A stretch of DNA of 64,000 nucleotides. Origin: Chrysomallon squamiferum. Its lineage: Eukaryota > Animalia > Mollusca. The notes beneath the pieces were generated by a model that was not told the origin of the DNA, did not search any database, and saw only the letters and a program-made list of their open reading frames with translations. Below, piece after piece: positions 56,856 to 64,000 of this stretch; position 1 is the first letter of the stretch; every line of letters starts with the position of its first letter. A program made the position numbers and the translations under genes. The stretch lies in NCBI GenBank assembly GCA_012295275.1, contig CM022674.1:5456001-5520000 (forward strand), given 5' to 3'.

Positions 56856-58449
56856 TTAAATGTCTCTACCAATCACTGTTTCTATACGATATATATATAT
56901 ATATTTTATTTAACTGTGCGTGCGTAGAAAGTGTTTGTGTATCTATATATATATATATCTACATGTATATGTGTTTGTGTATCTATATACACACACACAC
57001 ACACACACATATTAAATGTCTTTAATAATAACTGCTTCCATATAATCTATGTTTCTCATTCAGCTGTGCATGCACAGAAAATACTTTTTTCTCACAACAT
57101 TTCATTATTGAAATGTATGTGAATTAAAAAAAATAATAAAAATAAAAAACGGATCTAGACACGTTTGAAAACCACGAGTTGTACAATAAACCCTGATACA
57201 TGCAGTCTATTCTTATGCTATTTCTAATCTTATCAGAACTTTCCTCTTTTTTTTCTTTTTCTGAAAAGACGTAAGCAATAAACTTAACCAATAGCATACG
57301 TAATCAAAAAATACCGTGTCGTTTGAAATACCGTTACATTCAATAAAGGTTAAAACACCTTCGTCATCATCAACACCACACACACATTGTCGTTGCTGTT
57401 AATTGTTAAGCGAAGCTGGCGGAGATGACGACGGCATTATTTCCCCTTTCAGACATCATCATTAACAAGTCTGCGACACATTAACATTTAACATCGTGTC
57501 TTCTGCCTGTATGCAGACATTGCACCACTTGAGTTTTATATTCGGATGCACGCGACCATTTTCTTTTTTTTTTTTTTTTTTTTTTTTTGACACATCACCT
57601 TTTACAAAACTTGAAGTAAACCGCAAACTTAAAGTCGATTAATAAACCTAACAACGCGAAGTGACATCCATGACGAAAACAACATGCTTCGGGCGAAAAA
57701 AAAGGGGAAATAACTCACGTCCATTTACAGGAAGTCTCTAACGTTACCTATCATGCGTCATACGGGCTTTTTTTTTTTTTTTTTTTTTAATTCACTTTTC
57801 CCTTGTCCTGTTTCCGAAACACGGGACTAAAAGTTGCAGACTCGTTAACGTCAGTGTCATGTCGGTGTCAGTACAAGTGTGTTGCATGATAATGAAACGA
57901 AGCATTCATCATCGCTTTTTCTCTGGAATTGTCATCACTATCAGGTTTCATTTCTCACAGAGGAAATGGTTTTAATCACTTTCGTGCTGCTTAATTTCGA
58001 TAGTCGAGGAAGCAGGGTTTTTTTTTTGCTGTCAGTTTAGAAACGATTTTTATTCGGTAAGTCAAAATCGTACTTGTTTAATAATGTATGACTTTATATT
58101 TTGTGTATGTATAATATATATGGTACACGGGGAGAAACGCACAAATATACATACATACATACATACATGCATGCATGCATATATACATACATACATACAT
58201 ACATATATACATACATACATATAGATATATTCTTGTTAAATATAATGTAGTATATTGCTATATTTCAAGATACAGAAATGCTAATGTTCAGTTTTAATTC
58301 TGATGTCTGCTTACCTTAAATAACTATGCATTCTCATATATAAAAATAACATTATTGTGTAGTTATAGAAGAAGTTCGAAGATCCGGGAATTTCAATTAA
58401 TTAAAGGTACATACGTACTACAGACTTATTTATATGAATGAACGTATAT

Positions 58450-58622
58450 AATACATACATATATCATACACATACATACATACATACATACATACATACA
58501 TACACACATACACACATATACATACCCACATACATACATACATATATGCATAACATAAACATACACGCATATACATACTTTTACACACATGCATACATAA
58601 ATGCACATATATACACACAGAT

Positions 58623-58670
<48 letters not shown>
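58450..58670. repeat. (CATA)/(CA)n compound repeat
   Basis: Seen directly. Confidence 0.92.
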
Positions 58671-59059
58671 TAACATACTCCTGTTCATCGCAATGTCTAA
58701 CATTATCATACTACTGTACATACTTTTACACACCACAGTAAAAACGGAGATGAAATAACTGTTCTCTCGTACGACACCTAAAAATCACATAACCTCTCCC
58801 GTTTCTCAACATAAGTCCTGACCTTCTGCGCCTTTCAGACATTGTTTTTGCAGCATTAGGTCGGATTACAGCTCTCTGGTAAAACTTTTACGTGTCTGTC
58901 ACTGTTGATAGTCGGAATGTTGTTTTTGGAGATTATACGGTAAAAACGTTATTTCCTATCGGCGGTGTCAGGGTTTACTTTTGACCGGTAAAATTAATCG
59001 ATTTTCCATAGTTGTAAAGAGAATCTCTTTTTTGTGTTTGTTTGTTTCTTTTTTCTTCG

Positions 59060-59101
<42 letters not shown>

Positions 59102-59756
59102 TTTGTTTGTTTATTTATTCGTTTGTTTTTTAATTTATTTATAGGTTTTTTTTTATTTTTTTATTTATTTAATTATTTTTTTTTTTATTATTATTTTTTT
59201 TAATTATTTTTTGTTGTACTACTACTACTACATCTCCTATTATTACTACTGTATCTGCTATTACTACTGCTACTTCTAATATTACCAATATCACCTCTAT
59301 TTCTACTTCTGTTATTGCAACTATTTCTATATCAGGCGTCTGCTACTTTTATTATTTCTACTACTACTTCCTATTATTACTATTATTATTCTTTTATTGT
59401 TGCTGATACTACACCAAAATTGATATTATTTAAAAAAAAACATAAAAAATACTCGTTAACATGTTTGTCCTTTTTTGCGAAAAATACTACTTCTATCTAA
59501 TAGTGATGATGATGATAATAATATCATAATAATAAATCATGTTTGTTTCAATGATTTATTTCCTTTTGTAAAATAAATTCTGTTTTATGACTTTCGTTTA
59601 AATATCTGATATTTCTCCATTTATTTTGTCGTTTTTTTTTTTCTTCATTTATTCATTTCTTTTCGTCTTATTTTTTCTTTCTGTATTTGTTTCATCAGTT
59701 TCTTCGATTTTTACTATTTTTTTACATCTATTTTATTATTATTGTTTCTTCTTCTT

Positions 59757-59774
59757 TTTATTATTATTATTATT

Positions 59775-59827
<53 letters not shown>

Positions 59828-59850
59828 TATTATTATTATTATTATTATTT
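59757..59850. repeat. (TTA)n-(TCA)n-(TTA)n compound trinucleotide repeat
   Basis: Seen directly. Confidence 0.95.
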
Positions 59851-60220
59851 TGTAGTTTTTGTTGGAATTTGTTTTCTGTGGTCTTTGAGGGGGGGGTCCT
59901 TGGGGTGTGTTTTTAAATCTTAATTTTTTAATACTATAATATTTTTTTTGTTGTTGTTGTTTTTAAATTATTATTAGCCCCTTATCCTGAATTAATCAAA
60001 TGTATTGTTCAGTTTTCTTGCCTGGGGGTGTTTTTCAAGAGTGTATCATCTTACTTAGAGATCAAGTAGCGACATGGAAAAATAAAACCACTGATATCGT
60101 CTTGTGAAGAAATACATGCAGTGAATCACGGAGTACGTTTGTTTAATCGAAAATTCAGCTATTTAACTGGGACTATTTGTGTTATGCAGTGAAGAGAATG
60201 TTAGTGCGTATTTCTGAGTA

Positions 60221-60353
<133 letters not shown>

Positions 60354-60469
60354 TTTGTAGGACTGGCTTTTCACTTCAACAAGTCGCAAAGACAGTACAA
60401 GATCATTTTAATATTTCTTTCTCTCTTTTATTTATCTATCTATCTTTGTGTATATACATACATATATAA

Positions 60470-60505
<36 letters not shown>

Positions 60506-61684
60506 TTTTACAAGTAAAGATTAAAATACGTAAATAAAATTACTACATAAATATTTAAAGGAAACTTCTCATTGACTTTGTTAACATTCAGACACTGATT
60601 CAACCAAACTCCAGAATTCTTTTATAAACTTTTCTTAATCTTCGTTCCTATATCAAAACAAACAAAAAAAAAAAGAAAGAAAGAAAGAATAAAAAACGAA
60701 ATTCTTAAGTAACGAATAACATTCACCAAGTAATAAAAACATTATGAAAATGTCATATTATCGAAAATTATTGAAAACGGATCAACCTCAAACGATTCCT
60801 TTTAATAATACACTTTTTCTTATCTTTGTTTTCGCGTTGTGAATTATTTTTTTTTTTTTATCCAACGACTAAAATTTCGCGTTTAATAAATGGGATTTCG
60901 CGTTCGACTATTAATCTCTGACGGTGATAAGGGGGCCCCCTTAAAAATGATTTATACCTGTGTACTCGTTGTTAGCGCGATCGTTGCCAAAGAAACCGCC
61001 TATTAATTCGGGCCGTTAAAGTCCGTATAACGTATAAATAATATATCTTCATACACCTCGCAAACACCGTTTGGACTTAAATTAACATCTTTCTTGCCCA
61101 TACAGGCGTAATGGCGAATAAACGTTTGTCTTGGCTGTGTAGACGCATTCTTCGGCAAACGAAACCAGTTATAAAAGCAGAGTTATCGTAATTTACGGCC
61201 TCGAGGTCCGACAGAGGGCGCTGAAATTGCCCGCCTTTATTCGTTATTAAATTGATTTCAAGTTGCTATAATACCTTGGAAAAAAAAAAGAAGAAAACTT
61301 CCATCGTTTAACTTGCTTGTTTAATGTCGCCGAAGATGCCAGAGATCTCGTTCTCAAACGGCTGAGATGTTTGTTGCGAAATTTTCTGTCGTTGTTTAAA
61401 CGCGTCGATCGCCGATCGTACCCTCCTCTTTCGCCATGTTGATTCTTCCTTTGCGTTAACTGCACCGTCGGGTGAAAAGCATCAAAGTTTTCAACGAGAG
61501 GAGCTACGAGTCCTGGGAGTGCTCTATTCATCGATACACATAGCTTCGCTTTGAAGTCGATAATCATACACGATTTTCGCTTGCGTAATAGAAATAAATG
61601 AACATTTTCTGTCAACGATTTTTTTTTATTATTATTATTTTAAATTCGTTTCTTTCATAGATACGTTCTTTTTCTTCTTTTATT

Positions 61685-61723
<39 letters not shown>

Positions 61724-62816
61724 ATTTTTGTATTATTATTTCTTAATTTTTATTTGGGGTGTGTGACTTCAAATGTACTGCTTGAGGGAAATACATTTAT
61801 AAATTAATGATTTGTGTGCGAGCGGTCTGTAATTTTTCAGTGAGAGACCTGTTATCTAAATATATATATATATTCTCTTCAGCGAACTCATTTCGATCTA
61901 TTCCAAATGCCATGATATGTGTTGTCTTGCATGTAGGTCATGAATATTTACCTTACGTAAAAAGACTGAAGATTAATTTATTATTTTCAGTAAATACCAG
62001 GTTTCCGATATCCCGCAGTTGATAAGAGAAAAATTAATTAAAGTGTTAGTTTTTCGTTAAATAAAATCAGCTTTAAGTAAGTAGCTATACTGTTCGACAA
62101 AAGAAACTAGTTATGGCGTGCGTTATTTTAGTAGATACACTAAGAGAGTTTGTTGTATCAGTTTGGCAGACGAAAATGAAACGCTTGACCGATAATAAAT
62201 ATTACTGACAATAAATATGTGTAATTTCTTTTTAACAGGATATATTGTAAATCAGTGTACGTCATAAACCGGCGACGTCCTAATAAACGTTACATTTAAC
62301 GCCTCATTAAGGCACGGTGACACGGAAAACTCCGAACATTTCCGAGTTCAGTCGAAGTTCACGTCGTCGCCACGAAGGTTTACGACTGTCCCAAAGAGCG
62401 CGGGAACATTATCCAGCCTTCGTCCTTAAGTACTGTCGACCTTAATTTGCGCACCGTCTTCCGGTTTATCTGTTGGGCGTTGACAGATAGTGGATTGATG
62501 TTTTTCTGAAGAGCTCCCGAATAGCAGAGTTGTCCTTCCTTGTGTGCTCTCTGCTTTATTTTCAGAAGTAAACGCGTCGTGTGGTCACAGGAGTTCATAC
62601 ATAATCTTTAAAGTGTTTATACTAATTGCAAAATAAATCATTATTTGCGTCTCTCTTGGCTGAGGCACGCTGACAGAGTTAGTGACAGGAAAATCGAAGC
62701 TGGAAGTTTTTGTGGGATTTGATCGAATCAGAATCGCCGGCTGATTATACAACATAATGTGGTGAGCACAAAACGTTTCAAAGAAAACAAGTAAATAAAA
62801 AAAATGTTTTAAAAAA

Positions 62817-62818
<2 letters not shown>

Positions 62819-62885
<67 letters not shown>

Positions 62886-62889
62886 AATA

Positions 62890-62942
<53 letters not shown>

Positions 62943-62997
62943 AATAATAATATAGATATTAATAATAATAATAATAATTTAAAAAATAATAATAATA
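62819..62997. repeat. (AAT)n-(GAT)n-(AAT)n compound repeat
   Basis: Seen directly. Confidence 0.95.
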
Positions 62998-64000
62998 AGC
63001 CAGTAAAGAACGAAGATAATCCGTGTCAAAGGTGAAATAGTGTAAAACAAAAATTAACGAAACGAAAGAAGGGATATATGTGTAAATGTGTTTATATGTG
63101 TGTGTTGTGTCTTTATATATATATAGATAGATAGATATACATGTGTATATATTGTATATTGGAATTATTTGGTTTAAAAGAAAAGAATAGATGGTGGGGT
63201 TATTTTTACAATGTGTGGAACGTTATTATAGCTTCTTGGTTAGACTGTTGACTTGAAATGTGGCAGGTCTTAGGATGAATGCTTTGTAACGTACTCACAT
63301 TCTATATATTGCTGCATAGTTATCAAGAACAGTGCAGTGCACCGGTGTATACACGAATACTTGCTAATGACAGAAAGGGACTAAAAATGTAAAAAATTTC
63401 ACTGACGTAAAGAATATACAATCCCAGATCAGGTCGTAGCTTAAATATTAATATCGTATTATTATCTTTTAAAAAAAAAAAAAAAAAAATTATTATTCAG
63501 TTTTAACAAAATTAAATTTATTTCGTAACTCCAGGTTTATCTCCGTAGTTTTGTTGTGTTATTGTTGCTGCTGTTGTTGTTGTTGTTTTATTTCCATTTA
63601 ACTTTACTTTATTTCAGAATATCTATATAATTCGTTGTTATTTTTATTTCATTTTATTTTATTTTATTTTATATAAAAGGAAAAAATTATCTTTCTTAAA
63701 ATTTATTTTTAACTGTATTTATTAATACCAAGAACATACATATAATTTTAAAAAGCAACAAAAAACAACACAACAATTCTCTCGAACTGAAAAATAAAGA
63801 AACTGCATTATTAATAAATCCTATTTTCGTCTTCTTCGTTCGAAACAAATTTTGTGTCATCAAAAAGTCTCTATTTGAAAGCGCAGTAATTTTAAACTTC
63901 CGTTTTTTTTGTTTCAACTTAATGAACTACGAAGAGGCAAGCTTCCGTAAAACCTCGATTATTTCCGTATCGCATCGATTATTTCCGTTTACTTCTGACA

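Noticed and set aside
62307-62325. miR-124-like ttaaggcacggtga
   Set aside because: It lacks two internal bases and the 3' end of miR-124 (UAAGGCACGCGGUGAAUGCC), and no matching 5' arm is visible.

Overview
This is AT-rich, non-coding eukaryotic (animal) genomic DNA with a very high density of microsatellites: (CT/GA)n, (CA/TG)n, (TA)n, (TTA)n, (TAG/CTA)n, (GAT)n, (ATTT)n, (TTAG)n, (ATATT)n and poly-A/T. It looks like a large intron or an intergenic gene desert. I recognise no protein-coding gene, rRNA, tRNA, CRISPR array or transposase/RT ORF. The listed ORFs are translations of simple repeats or short random frames. Supportable structure: (i) about ten decayed fragments of one interspersed repeat family with a B-box-like head, probably a tRNA-derived SINE; from memory it resembles a gastropod SINE, so a mollusc origin is a tentative inference; (ii) several minisatellites and local duplications; (iii) short CpG-rich unique islands rich in homeodomain, bZIP and ETS-like motifs, including 12 perfect TGACGTCA sites; (iv) two weak exon candidates, at 7345-7428 and an Asp-rich frame at 32234-32562. 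I found no convincing evidence for a new biological system; the findings are leads of modest strength.
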